Source of the DNA: Granulicella sp.
Lineage (GTDB): Bacteria; Acidobacteriota; Terriglobia; Terriglobales; Acidobacteriaceae
Direction: 5' to 3'
Assembly: GCA_027339965.1 (NCBI GenBank)
Contig: DAHWNL010000066.1
Span: 1-63,273 of the forward strand
DNA: 63,273 nt
In this document: in pieces, positions 1-10,500 of the stretch
Numbering within the stretch: position 1 is the first letter of the stretch
Layout of the letters: every line of letters begins with the position of its first letter
Program-made: the position numbers and the translations under genes
Notes under the pieces: generated by a model
Seen by the model: the letters and a program-made list of their open reading frames with translations, nothing else
What the model was told of the DNA's origin: nothing
The model's database searches: none

Positions 1-464
1 GCCCGTTGTGGTTGAGCACGGCTGGAGAAAGAGCTGCGAGACTGCAGACCGGGGCGCGCTGCCGAGGCGCTGCGTGCTGCGGTCCTGGCGCGATACCCGC
101 TGGACGGGGAGAAGTTGCCCCGTTGCCCCCCGGAGCGGCCGTAGCTGGACTGGGCGGGAGATGAACCGCTTTGCCTGGAGGCGAAGCGCGACGAGGAGGC
201 GTTGAAGGGCTGCCCGGCCATGTTGCGTCCCTGGCCACGCTGTTGCTGACCGGCAGAGCCGCTGCGGTCGCTATCTACAACTGTAGTACTAGCAGGACAT
301 TGGAACCCGGCTTTCGCTAATGCCGAACTCATCTGCCATGTGAGTCTCGTTGGCGACGGCATTTCTGGAAGCCCGGAAGCTGCATCTCGTAAGACTGAAA
401 GAACGAAAGTGAGGCGCAAGCGAGTGGAGTAGCATGATCTTGCAGGCAGCTACGCCACTCCCCC

Positions 465-1943
465 ATGCTGCGCACAGCCAACATCATCGGCTCCGGTCCC
501 AACGGTCTAGCGGCAGCCGTCACGCTGGCGCAGCGAGGCGTCGCCGTCACTGTCTACGAGCGCAACGCCACGCTTGGTGGCGCCTGCGCGAACGCTGAAG
601 TCACCCTGCCCGGCTTTCATCACGATCTGGGCGCCTCCGTCTTTCCCCTGGGCGTCAGCAGCCCGTTCTACCGCAGCCTGCCGCTCGCCGACCATGGCCT
701 GCGCTGGATCCACCCTCCCGCTCCGCTGGCCCATCCCTTCGACGACGGCTCCGCCCTGACGCTGGAGCCGACGCTGGAGGCCACCGTCGCGCAGCTCATC
801 CCCCACGACGGCCGTGCCTGGCGCAAGCTGCTCTCCTCACCCGTGCGCAACTGGGCGCGGCTGATCGAAGACGTTACCCAGCCGCTGCTCCGGGTTCCCA
901 GCCATCCCCTGGCGATAGCGGCCTTCGGAGCTCCCGCGCTGTTGCCCGCTCAGCTCCTGGCCAGCGCCTTCTTTACGGACCAACGTACCCGCGCGCTGTT
1001 CGCGGGTGTGGCCGCGCACTCCGTGCTTCCGCTCACCAGTCTGGCCGGCTCCGCTGCGGGGCTTCTGCTGGCCGCCGCCGCCCACGCCGTGGGTTGGCCG
1101 ATTGCCGGCAGCACCGTACCCGGGATCTATGGCGCGCAGGCCGTCAGCCACGCCATGGCCGGCCTGCTCCAAAACCTCGGAGGCCGTCTTGTGCTCGGCA
1201 CGGAGGTCAGCCGGCTTCGCGACCTGCCACCAGCCGACGCCATCCTGTTGGACACCAGCGTCGAGGCTCTGCTGCGCCTCGCCGGCCTGGATCTGTCTGC
1301 CAACTACCGGAAGCGCCTGCAAAGCTTTCGGCGCGGGCCGGGGATCTTCAAGCTCGACTACGCTCTGAGCCAGCCGATCCCCTGGCGCTCCCCGGCCTGC
1401 GCCCGGGCCGCTACGGTCCACCTGGGCGGCTCGCTGGCGGAGATCGCCCACTCCGAGCAGGAGGCCTTTTACGGCCAGCCAGACCAGCCTTGCAATGCCC
1501 AACCCTTCGTTTTGCTGGTGCAGCCCAGTCTCTTTGACCCCGCTCGCGCCCCCGCCGGCCAGCACACCGCATGGGCCTACTGCCACGTCCCCACCGGCTC
1601 CAACCTGGACCGGACCCAGGCGATCGAAGACCAGATCTCGCGTTATGCTCCTGGATTTCGGCAGTGTGTCCTGGCCCGGCGCGCCGGCAACGCCAAGGCC
1701 CTGTCCAGTTGGAATCCCAACCTGGTGGGCGGCGATATCAGCGGAGGCGCCATGACGATCGGACAGCTTCTGTTTCGCCCCACCGTCAGCTTCTACCGGA
1801 CCAGCCACCGCAGAATCTATCTTTGCAGTTCATCCACCCCGCCCGGCGGCGGAGTCCATGGCCTGTGTGGCCACCAGGCGGCTCTCGCCGCGTGGCAGGA
1901 CCATGGCTCGGGGCAACGCCACCACCGTTGGCCAATGGGATGA
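465..1943 (+). CDS. FAD-dependent oxidoreductase, phytoene dehydrogenase-like family
   Basis: N-terminal GSGPNGLAAA dinucleotide-binding motif; HPFDDG; C-terminal LCSSSTPPGGGVHGLCG typical of the family. Confidence 0.88.
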   Translation: MLRTANIIGSGPNGLAAAVTLAQRGVAVTVYERNATLGGACANAEVTLPGFHHDLGASVFPLGVSSPFYRSLPLADHGLRWIHPPAPLAHPFDDGSALTLEPTLEATVAQLIPHDGRAWRKLLSSPVRNWARLIEDVTQPLLRVPSHPLAIAAFGAPALLPAQLLASAFFTDQRTRALFAGVAAHSVLPLTSLAGSAAGLLLAAAAHAVGWPIAGSTVPGIYGAQAVSHAMAGLLQNLGGRLVLGTEVSRLRDLPPADAILLDTSVEALLRLAGLDLSANYRKRLQSFRRGPGIFKLDYALSQPIPWRSPACARAATVHLGGSLAEIAHSEQEAFYGQPDQPCNAQPFVLLVQPSLFDPARAPAGQHTAWAYCHVPTGSNLDRTQAIEDQISRYAPGFRQCVLARRAGNAKALSSWNPNLVGGDISGGAMTIGQLLFRPTVSFYRTSHRRIYLCSSSTPPGGGVHGLCGHQAALAAWQDHGSGQRHHRWPMG

Positions 1944-2067
1944 AACCACGCCGTCCGCGAGAGCACCGCCGGCGTGACCATCACAGTTGGAATCGCAGAG
2001 GTAGCCGCAGGCGCTGGCGGCACGCTCGAGCACTGAGAACAGTGGGAAAACTCAGGACAAGAAGGGC

Positions 2068-2661
2068 CTATGCACTCGGCGCTTCCAGGGTGGGTTTGGG
2101 CTTGGACGCCGCCGGCGCTGATTCCGTCTTTCTGGCCGGGGCCAGAATCGCATGCAGGGTGGTGCCCTCCATGCGCGGCATGAACTCCACCATGCCCGCC
2201 TCGCCGATATCCATGATCAGGCGATTGATGATCTTGTATCCCAGATCGCGATGCGCCATTTGGCGCCCCTTGAAGCGCAGACTCGCCTTCACCTTGTCAC
2301 CGTCGCCGAGAAACCGGATCGCCTGGTTCTTCTTGGTCTGGTAGTCGTGCTCGTCCACGGTCACGGAGAACTTGACTTCCTTGAGCGTAATCACCTTCTG
2401 CTTCTTGCGTGCGGCTCGTTCGCTCTTGTCCTTCTCATAGAGATACTTGCCATAGTCCTGAATCTTGCACACCGGTGGAACGGCATTGGGCGAGATCTCC
2501 ACCAGATCGAGGCTGCGCTCTCGGGCCATCTTCAGAGCCTCAAACGGCGGCATCACGCCCAGTTGTTCTCCGTTCTCGTCGATCACGCGGACTTCGCGCG
2601 CGCGGATACGCTCATTGGTGCGGACAAAGGACTTTGCGGAACGCTTATCAAATGGTGGAAT
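2068..2661 (-). CDS. infC: Translation initiation factor IF-3 (AUU start)
   Basis: NERIRAREVRVI, LDLVEISPNAVPPVCKIQDYGKY and KVKASLRFKGRQ motifs; in-frame ATT at 2661 with GGAGG 6 nt upstream. Confidence 0.95.
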   Translation of the reverse strand: MPPFDKRSAKSFVRTNERIRAREVRVIDENGEQLGVMPPFEALKMARERSLDLVEISPNAVPPVCKIQDYGKYLYEKDKSERAARKKQKVITLKEVKFSVTVDEHDYQTKKNQAIRFLGDGDKVKASLRFKGRQMAHRDLGYKIINRLIMDIGEAGMVEFMPRMEGTTLHAILAPARKTESAPAASKPKPTLEAPSA

Positions 2662-2755
2662 CTTGGGCCTCCACGGCGCGCAGACTCTGCGGCCATGTTC
2701 AGAGAAATAGTTTGAAATCCCGCTGCGATCCGGCGGAGATCCCCGGGCACTGGCG

Positions 2756-2764
2756 AGTATAGCA
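2756..2764 (-). promoter_or_regulatory. Putative extended -10 promoter element for infC
   Basis: Minus strand reads TG-C-TATACT about 95 nt upstream of the AUU. Confidence 0.4.
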
Positions 2765-3053
2765 CCGGTCCCAGAACAGCCCCTTGTGCCCGCAGGCACA
2801 GGGGAGGGGTCTTCCGCCCGACAAGGCCATGAAAGCTCGCAGAACCGATGATTTATATATAACAGATGCCGTCCCTGCGGCGGAGGCGAGCGCGAATTGC
2901 CGGGCGGCTGCCGCGAGCCCGTCCCGGCGGACGGCATCCTCTCCGCAGCTCCGCCTCAACGCCGGCTTCTGTCACTTGGAGTCTTCCCCACCAAGCTCCC
3001 GGCCTCCTCCGCTTGCAGGCAAGCAGAGTAAACTCAATCTACCGAAGCCCGCC

Positions 3054-4478
3054 ATGGCCACTCTGCACATCCTCGGGGCCCTGCTCGTCATTGCCGCCGG
3101 CTTCGGCTGGATCAGCTCGCGCTGGATCAAGGCGCCGATCACCCTGGGAAGTGTGCTGCTGGCTCTTCTCTCCTCCCTGCTGCTGCAGGCTGTCAGCACC
3201 CGTGCGCCCGGCCTGCACGTATGGGCCGTTCATCTGGTGCAGCAGATACGCTTTGATTCTCTGATTCTGCATGGGATGTTGCCCATGCTGCTGTTCGCCG
3301 GCGCCTTCCTCCTTGACCTGGAGTATCTGGTCAGGGAGCGCCTGCTGATCGCTCTGCTCTCGGCTCCGGGCACCCTGCTCTCCACCGGGGCCGTCGCCGC
3401 CCTGATGTGGCTGGTCCTCCATCGCCTTGGACTTCATCCGCAGTGGCTTGCCTGCTTCTTCTTTGGCGCACTCATCTCCCCCACGGACCCCATCGCCGTT
3501 CTGGAGATGCTTGGGCGAGTCAGCGCGCCGCGCTATCTTCAGGCGCAGTTCGCCGGCGAATCTCTCTTCAACGACGGCATCGGCACCGCAGTCTTTCTTA
3601 CCCTTTTGGCGGCCTCCCGGGGCGCCTTTCCTTCCGCAGGCGCTCTAGGCTGGAGCTTCCTCTGGCAGGTGGGCGGAGGCGTGTTGCTGGGCATCCTTGG
3701 CGCGTGGCTGACCTCTCATCTGATGCGCAAGACGCCCCCCTATCAGGTTGAGATCCTGCTCACCCTTGCGCTCGCGCTGGGCGGTTATGCCCTGGCCGAG
3801 GTCCTCCACCTCTCCGCGCCGATGGAGGCCGTCATCGCCGGCATCAGCCTGCGCAAGCTCGATCGCGCCCGAGTTCCGCAGCGGATCGTCATCCCCAACC
3901 AAAACGACGAGGGGATTCACCACGAAGACATCGATCGCTTCTGGGAGGTTACCGACGAGATCCAGAATGCTCTCCTCTTTGTCCTGCTGGGTCTGGAGGT
4001 TCTCTCCGTCCCGTTCGCCCGAGGCGACCTTGGGTTGGGAGCGCTGGCCATCCTGGTCGTGCTCATGGTCCGAGTGGTGGTGGTCGCCTCCATGCTCGGA
4101 ATGGCCCGGGCGTTGGATCGGCTCCGCGCCTGGGCTCCCATGCGGAGACAAGAAGCCGCCCAGCCCACCCATCGCAGTTTCGGAAGCTCGCTCGCAGCCC
4201 TGAGTTGGGGAGGCCTGCGCGGCGGCCTGGGCCTGGCCCTGGCCTTCGCGGTGCCCGCCATGACCGCCTACCGCTGGATCCTCCCCACCACCTATATCGT
4301 TGTTGTCTTTTCCATCGCCGTTCAAGGGTGGTCGATGAATCTGCTTCTGAACAGCCAACGCAACCGCCGGCTCCCGCCCCAGGGGAGTCCGGCTCGAGAC
4401 GAGAGGTCCGGCTCGCTCGGCGCTGGCTTGGAACCTGTAGCATCGGCGCCGAGCGCCCACCCGGGCGGAGACGTTTAG
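3054..4478 (+). CDS. Na+/H+ antiporter, CPA1/NhaP family
   Basis: FGALISPTDPIAVL, GESLFNDG and WGGLRGGL motifs; many hydrophobic segments; start taken at ATG 3054. Confidence 0.92.
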   Translation: MATLHILGALLVIAAGFGWISSRWIKAPITLGSVLLALLSSLLLQAVSTRAPGLHVWAVHLVQQIRFDSLILHGMLPMLLFAGAFLLDLEYLVRERLLIALLSAPGTLLSTGAVAALMWLVLHRLGLHPQWLACFFFGALISPTDPIAVLEMLGRVSAPRYLQAQFAGESLFNDGIGTAVFLTLLAASRGAFPSAGALGWSFLWQVGGGVLLGILGAWLTSHLMRKTPPYQVEILLTLALALGGYALAEVLHLSAPMEAVIAGISLRKLDRARVPQRIVIPNQNDEGIHHEDIDRFWEVTDEIQNALLFVLLGLEVLSVPFARGDLGLGALAILVVLMVRVVVVASMLGMARALDRLRAWAPMRRQEAAQPTHRSFGSSLAALSWGGLRGGLGLALAFAVPAMTAYRWILPTTYIVVVFSIAVQGWSMNLLLNSQRNRRLPPQGSPARDERSGSLGAGLEPVASAPSAHPGGDV

Positions 4479-4685
4479 GGATCTCTCCCAAGACCGGGAG
4501 GCAAGAGAAGGCTGTATGCTGTGGCGTATGCTGAAGGTAAGGCCTTCCTCTTCGCCACTTCCAAGGCTTGCAAACCTGCAAGCCGGCTCTGCCTGGTGAG
4601 CCGGGGGCTAGCATCATCCTGCAAGCGGTGAAGTCGCACTCGTTTCGACCTACATCCCAAGCGTGCAGGACCAGGAGAGATCCCC

Positions 4686-5222
4686 TTGGCAAACCACCGC
4701 ATACTCCTTGTCGATGATGAAGTCGCCGTCCTGTTGACCATGAAAACGATTTTGGAGATGGCTGGCTTTGAGGTGGAAACAGCCGCCAGCGCGCGCGAAG
4801 CCCGGTCCAAACTGAAGCTGCGCAAGTACCAGATGGTGATGACCGACATGCGCATGGAGAACGACGCCGCAGGCCGGGAGGTGATCCGAGCCGCGCGCGC
4901 GGCTTCCTACCATCCTGCCGTGGCCTTGCTGACCGCCTACCCGGATGACGAATGGGCCGACATCGGCGCCGACAAGATGCTCGTCAAACCGATGCAAACT
5001 GCGGCCTTCATCCAACAGGTGCAAGAGATATTGGAAGCCCACTCCACTCCGTTGCAACGGCCGGCCGGCATCTCCGTATCGGGCAACAAGCGGCCCACAA
5101 CCGCGGGCAAATCAAACGGCTCGGCCAAATGCGCCTCCGGCAAAGGCCCCGCCGGCCGGAAGCGCTCCGGCAGAAGGCCTCTTCCGCGCACGAAGTCGCC
5201 CGCCGGAGGTCGCAAGCATTGA
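4686..5222 (+). CDS. Single-domain response regulator (receiver) with basic C-terminal tail
   Basis: ILLVDDE, TDMRM (phospho-Asp), LLTAY, KP; TTG start after GGAGA. Confidence 0.88.
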   Translation: MANHRILLVDDEVAVLLTMKTILEMAGFEVETAASAREARSKLKLRKYQMVMTDMRMENDAAGREVIRAARAASYHPAVALLTAYPDDEWADIGADKMLVKPMQTAAFIQQVQEILEAHSTPLQRPAGISVSGNKRPTTAGKSNGSAKCASGKGPAGRKRSGRRPLPRTKSPAGGRKH

Positions 5223-5741
5223 GCTGCTCTCAGGGATTGAGGAACCACCCGCCGGCCCAAGGCCTGCCAGGGTTGGCCGGGAAGGTCTTGATGGCCGCCC
5301 TGGACATCTCGGAACGGCTGCAAGCGCTTTGCCGCCTGCTTCCACAGAGGCGGAGAGTGCGAGTCAGGCTGGCTTTGCGACCGAAGAATTCAGAATCGAC
5401 TGACCTCATTGCGATGTGTTTCAGATCGTTGCTCCATACTGCTAGCATCGAAGAAAGGGCGATGGCCTGGGCGAACCGCACGATTTGGGACCGTCCCAGC
5501 CCCACAGCCGCAAACCAATCTTGTCATCGGGCCGTACTCCTTGCTCCAGCTTTTTCTTGTTCTAGCTTTCTCCAGCCATCTCTGGCGGGAGGGTCCCTCT
5601 GAACTTAGCCGGGACCTCCCCCTGACAAACTTCCTTGGCGAACAGTACAATCGTTTGGGACAGGCGATGGTAGTAGTATTCAGATGACAGAGCTCTTTGA
5701 AGGGCCAGGGGGGTTGTCAAATCATCGGGAAGGGTTCACGG

Positions 5742-6566
5742 ATGAAACTTAGTGCGCGAATGACCGCAAGTGCAGCGCTGCTGCTTATTCTTGGAAGCAA
5801 CGTGGGATGTACGAAGCTCAAGGCCCGCGACCAGCTCGTCAGGGGCGTTCAGGCCTTCAAGGCAGGCAAGTATGAAGAGGCTGTCGACTACTTTCAAAGG
5901 TCAGTCGCGCTTGACCCGACCAGTGCAGAGAGCCGCCTCTACCTTGCCACGGCTTACAGCTATCAGGTGGTTCCAGACCTCACCACGCCAGAGAACATCG
6001 CTATGGCGCAGAAGGCCATCAATGGCTTTGACGCTGTGCTGGCCCAGAACCCCAACGACCTTGACGCGCTCCGCCAGGTGGCGTCGTTGGATCGCAACAT
6101 CCACCGTTACGATCAGGCCAAAGCCGATGAACTCAAGATTGTTCAAATTGATCCCCACGACGCCGAAGCCTACTACACGCTGGGTGTCATTGACTGGACG
6201 CAGGCCTACAAGAACGCTGTCAACATCTTGGCCACGGGCGGGCTTCAGGATGACGGCATGGGCAATGTGAAGAAGTCCAAGCAGATATGCCAGAAGTTGG
6301 CCGACGCCAACACGAATCTGGTCAATGACGCGATGAAGTATCTCCAGCAGGCAGTGAACATCAATCCCAACTACGATGATGCGATGTCCTACCTGAATCT
6401 CACCTATCGCCGCAAAGCTGACCTCGAGTGCGGCAACGACGATGCCCGCAAGGCTGATCTGGCTCAAGCGGACGCCTGGGTTCAGCGTGCCATGGGTGCG
6501 CGCAAGGCCAATGAGTTGGCCAAAGAAAAGATCGCCGAACACGGCGGGATCGTCACCCAGCAGTAG
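5742..6566 (+). CDS. Tetratricopeptide-repeat lipoprotein
   Basis: Signal peptide ending in lipobox-like NVGC; TPR helices (YEEAVDYFQRSVALDP, AEAYYTLG, AVNINPNYDDAMSYL). Confidence 0.85.
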   Translation: MKLSARMTASAALLLILGSNVGCTKLKARDQLVRGVQAFKAGKYEEAVDYFQRSVALDPTSAESRLYLATAYSYQVVPDLTTPENIAMAQKAINGFDAVLAQNPNDLDALRQVASLDRNIHRYDQAKADELKIVQIDPHDAEAYYTLGVIDWTQAYKNAVNILATGGLQDDGMGNVKKSKQICQKLADANTNLVNDAMKYLQQAVNINPNYDDAMSYLNLTYRRKADLECGNDDARKADLAQADAWVQRAMGARKANELAKEKIAEHGGIVTQQ

Positions 6567-6602
6567 CCCTTGCCCCCAACAAAGCCGAACTTCCTCCCAA
6601 CG

Positions 6603-6638
6603 CCCAGGGCCGCCCGATCAGACGGCCCTGGGTTTTTT
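6603..6638 (+). terminator. Rho-independent terminator after the TPR gene
   Basis: CCCAGGGCCG/CGGCCCTGGG 10-bp stem followed by T6. Confidence 0.8.
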
Positions 6639-7192
6639 CAGTTTGGCTGCCGAGGCTTCCTGCGCTCAGCAGCGTCCGCCCGCTGAGCGCCAGAGCCGAG
6701 CGAATGAAGACCCAGGGAGCGCCGGCACTCGTCTTGCAATAGCTCCTGCCCCAGCGAATTCGGTTCCGGTCCTGCTCTGCTCCAAAGCCACAACCATCGG
6801 GTTGATAAGACCATCGGGGAGCACCGGCGTGGACACTACCGCAAATCCCACCGCGGAGGCTCGCGCTCTCTGAGCTTTGGCAGGCCGCCGAGGTCATAGC
6901 CGGTGCGTCGGCCCTCCATCATCGGATGCCAAGGTCGCTGCGTCTCTGCATCGGCGTCTTGTGATGTCTCGGCCTTGATGTTCGACTTCTCCGACGGTCG
7001 AGGCACTGGGCAGAGCTACCTGCCGTGCTCGATGAAGACACCACAGCAAGCCCGGGTCGGGGCGGCATGCACACGGAGGTGCTCTAATCTAATAAGACCC
7101 TACGCAGAGCCGCCCCAGAGCGGGCAGAACAATCTGCCAGAACTCCAGGGCGAACTCCGGACCTTCCAGCTTGGCGACGAAGGCGAATGCGC

Positions 7193-7624
7193 CTAATTCC
7201 CGTTCTCTACGCCTGGGGTAATGATGGCGATGTTGGTCACGTCGGCCTGCTTGCCAAATCCCACGGCCTGGGCCACGGCGCCAAAGTCAAGTCCAGGATC
7301 ACCCTTGATGAACATCACCTTCTCTTGGCGGGTCTCGAAGATCTTGGTCAATTCGCTGGCCATCTGATCGGCGGGAAAGGCTTGATCGTTGATCTTGTAG
7401 GTCGGCACGGACCCGGTATTGAGCACTTGGACCACGATGACGCGCGAGTCCACCTGATTCGTATTTTTGTCCTTCGGCGGCTGGGGAACCACCGTGTCCA
7501 AGCCCTTTGGCGTGGTCGGCTGGATCACCATGAAGATGATCAGGAGGACCAGCAGAACGTCGATCAAGGGCGTGACGTTCATGTCCGATACTGCGCCGCC
7601 AGATGAAAGACCACCCATTGCCAT
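7193..7624 (-). CDS. exbD: Biopolymer transport protein ExbD/TolR
   Basis: MNVTPLIDVLLVLLIIFMV transmembrane motif. Confidence 0.92.
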   Translation of the reverse strand: MAMGGLSSGGAVSDMNVTPLIDVLLVLLIIFMVIQPTTPKGLDTVVPQPPKDKNTNQVDSRVIVVQVLNTGSVPTYKINDQAFPADQMASELTKIFETRQEKVMFIKGDPGLDFGAVAQAVGFGKQADVTNIAIITPGVENGN

Positions 7625-7724
7625 AGTGAAACTCCTTTGTAAACCTTGCTGATTCTCTTTCTTGGAAGGCTATGCTCCAGCTGACGGAAGACACAGCTTC
7701 TTACCCGGCAAATCCTGCTCCGAT

Positions 7725-8165
7725 TTAATCAAGAGCGGTTTTATCCGTCATCAAATTCAATGTGTTAACGCCTGCCGCCCGCAGAGCGTCGATCACATCC
7801 TCTACCTTTCCGAAGTTGGCCCGCTCATCGGCGCGCAGGTAGACGCTCTTGTCATCGCTTGGATTGGTCTTCAATGCCTCCAGGTTCTGAACCCGGCTGG
7901 TCACATCGGCGGTGGATCCCACCTTGTCAGAACGTACAAAGATCGAGCCATCGCGGGTGATGGAAACGGTGATGGCATCTTCCTTGTTGGCGGCGTCCAT
8001 GATCTCCGCGGCGCTCACCCGGGGCAGATTGACGGTAACCTTGTCACCCAGCATGGGGGTAATAACCATGAAGATAATCAACAGCACGAGCATCACGTCC
8101 ACCATTGGGGTCACGTTGATGTTCGAGTTGACCTTCTTACCTTCGTTCCGCTTCGCGAGTGCCAT
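7725..8165 (-). CDS. exbD: Biopolymer transport protein ExbD/TolR
   Basis: INVTPMVDVMLVLLIIFMVITP and VYLRAD motifs. Confidence 0.92.
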   Translation of the reverse strand: MALAKRNEGKKVNSNINVTPMVDVMLVLLIIFMVITPMLGDKVTVNLPRVSAAEIMDAANKEDAITVSITRDGSIFVRSDKVGSTADVTSRVQNLEALKTNPSDDKSVYLRADERANFGKVEDVIDALRAAGVNTLNLMTDKTALD

Positions 8166-8344
8166 AAAAGAAACTCCGTTCGGGTCTTGGCAGCCCTTCC
8201 GGCGCCTTGCCCTGATTGCTGTCTCTTGCGGAGGGTCTGCGCGCCCGGACGACGTTCGCTGCGGCGTCCGGGCTTCTGCAGCATGATTCCCGCAAGTTTT
8301 TGATCGGCTGCGTTTGAGCCCCTTGTCAGAGGCCCCTTTCCAGA

Positions 8345-9091
8345 TTAGCGGTGTGACTGCTTGATAAAGTAGTCCACCAGCTCCGACGAGCTGTTGTCCA
8401 TCTCCACATCAAACGACTCCACCTTGCCGGTGAAGTAGTTGAAGGTCATCACGGCAGGGATCGCTACAAGCAGACCGAAGGCAGTGGTCACCAGAGCTTC
8501 TGAGATGCCGCCGGCCACTGCCGCCAGTCCCTGGCTCTTGGTGGTCGCAATGGCTTTGAACGCGTTCAAGATACCGACCACCGTTCCAAACAAGCCGATG
8601 AACGGCGCCGTGGACCCAATGGTGGCCAGGCCACCCAGGCCCTTCTTCAGCTTGGCATGCACGATCGCCTCAGAGCGCTCCAAGGCGCGCTTGGAGCTCT
8701 CAATCTGCTCTTCGGAGATGGCCCCTCCAGAGCCGAAGGAGCGGAACTCCGTGAGACCCGCAGTCACCACCTCGGCCAGGTGCGACTTCTTGGAGCGATC
8801 CGCCACCTTGATGGCCTCATCCAGACGGCCTTCCTTGAGCGCGCCGGCTACCTTGGGAGCGAACTCGCGCGACTGCTTGCGCGCCGCCGAGAAGTAGAGA
8901 GCCCGATCGATCATCACCGCCAAAGACCAGATGGACATGATGAAGAGCAGGATAACGACGAGCTTGGCGGGGACACCCATTTGGGCCCAGAGGGCCGCGG
9001 GTCCAAAGCCAATCTCCTGCGGCGCGTCCTGAAAGTACATGGCCAGCGCGGCGTGGGTATGAGCGAAGTTTGCGAGATGAACGAGAATCAC
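8345..9091 (-). CDS. exbB: MotA/TolQ/ExbB proton channel protein
   Basis: LATIGSTAPFIGLFGTVVGI and GISEALVTTAFGLLVAIPA; GTG start at 9091 after AGGAGG. Confidence 0.93.
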   Translation of the reverse strand: MILVHLANFAHTHAALAMYFQDAPQEIGFGPAALWAQMGVPAKLVVILLFIMSIWSLAVMIDRALYFSAARKQSREFAPKVAGALKEGRLDEAIKVADRSKKSHLAEVVTAGLTEFRSFGSGGAISEEQIESSKRALERSEAIVHAKLKKGLGGLATIGSTAPFIGLFGTVVGILNAFKAIATTKSQGLAAVAGGISEALVTTAFGLLVAIPAVMTFNYFTGKVESFDVEMDNSSSELVDYFIKQSHR

Positions 9092-9387
9092 GAAGTCTTT
9101 CCTCCTGGTGGGTGGACGTATGAACTGCCACTTCTGGTGCTGCTTGAATCGCGGTTTCGGACAGGACCTTTCGACCCCATCTGGTGATGCTTGCCGGCCG
9201 GCACAGGTGGATTGACCTGGACTGGCCATGACACTTGGTTTTCAGCGGGCGCTTCCCCCCGCTGAGTAAACTTCCGCCGAGACCTCTACGATACCTCACC
9301 TTGAGCCTCGTGGAGCGCTGTTGACCCAGCAGTTAATAATCAAACGATGTCCGCTCGCCGGTTGGCCGGTCAAGGGGACGCTGGGCC

Positions 9388-10119
9388 CTAATCATCTCCA
9401 TTGAGCGAGAAGTTTACCGTGATGGTGGTGTCTACCTCAGTAGGTTCGCCGTTGAGAAGATACGGCCTGTATCTCCACTGCTTCACCGCCTGCAGGGCAT
9501 AGTTATTAAACATGGGATTCGTACTGCTGGCCACGGTTAGATTGATCACGTTTCCAGTCTTGGAGATCAGGGCATGCAACACCACAACTCCGCTCATGTG
9601 CGCGATCTTGGCGATAGGCGGATACTCCGGCTGAACAAATGCAATCCGGTTTCCGGCGATCACACCGCCCGAGATGCGCATCGGACCTGTCGGCTTGGGC
9701 GGCTCCACATGAATCGCCGGTCCATGGCCACCCATGATTCCGCCAAAGACCCCGCCGGGAACCCCTCCGGCCATGCCTTCCATGCCGGCCACGCCTGCGC
9801 TGGGCGGAGGCGCCGATTCCTTGATCATCTTAATATCCTTTGGAATCTTGGTGGGCGCATGCAGCCCATTGTCGATCTCCACCACCTTAGGAATCACCTT
9901 GGGAGCCGGTGGCGGCGGCGGTGGCGGCGGTGGCGGCGGCGGTGGCGGTGCACTGAGAGACGCCGTCAAGGAGCTGTGCGGCAAGGCTTCAGGGTACAAG
10001 AGCGGAATCAGAATCATGAGGCCCACAATCATCACATTGAAGGTGAACGTCGCAATCATCCAATATCTGGACTTTGACTTGAGCTTCCCGCCGGATTCCA
10101 TTAGAGCGTCTTCGAACAT
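9388..10119 (-). CDS. tonB: Energy transducer TonB
   Basis: N-terminal TM helix, poly-Pro tract, TonB_C domain (PEYPPIAK...AVKQWRYRPY...TTITVNF); start MFEDAL at 10119. Confidence 0.92.
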   Translation of the reverse strand: MFEDALMESGGKLKSKSRYWMIATFTFNVMIVGLMILIPLLYPEALPHSSLTASLSAPPPPPPPPPPPPPPAPKVIPKVVEIDNGLHAPTKIPKDIKMIKESAPPPSAGVAGMEGMAGGVPGGVFGGIMGGHGPAIHVEPPKPTGPMRISGGVIAGNRIAFVQPEYPPIAKIAHMSGVVVLHALISKTGNVINLTVASSTNPMFNNYALQAVKQWRYRPYLLNGEPTEVDTTITVNFSLNGDD

Positions 10120-10500
10120 TTGAGCAACCTCGTTCCCGCTGAGGGAGGAAGATCTACTGCCCTTTATAGACACCGCAGTAACGCAAATTGTTCCCGGATA
10201 CCGAATTCTTCTCTGCAACGGGAAACTATCTCACTCAACAGAGCGTCAAAGGCCGCCGCAAGGCTTCCGCAAGTCCAGACGCATTTTCCCGTGCCGAACC
10301 TCCGGCTCCTTCGGAGGCATCCTACCGCAAGCCGATCAACGCTGGGAAGTCTTCCCGAGATCGGGGCGATCTGCCGGCCTGACGATGGCCAGCTCGTGCC
10401 ACAGGCTCAGGAGCAGCAGAGATCCCAAAATCCCGCCGGAGCCCGGCAGAATTCGGACGCCAGACTCCCATTTTGACTCCATCCTCTCTTCACAGACGGG

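Noticed and set aside
1..362. Minus-strand frame open to the window edge (possible 5' end of a gene)
   Set aside because: Low-complexity sequence with no recognisable motif; cannot be supported without flanking sequence
2865..2938. 10-bp inverted repeat GATGCCGTCC/GGACGGCATC as tRNA or riboswitch
   Set aside because: No T-loop, anticodon arm or known riboswitch motif; could arise by chance in GC-rich DNA
6640..7190. Small ORFs between the TPR gene and exbD
   Set aside because: No motif, ribosome-binding site or codon pattern supporting a gene
8243..8273. Hairpin GCCCGGACG/CGTCCGGGC between exbB and exbD
   Set aside because: No U-tract and single occurrence; at most an mRNA-stabilising stem
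9906..9950. GGC/GGT trinucleotide run as a contingency locus
   Set aside because: Encodes the normal poly-proline linker of TonB
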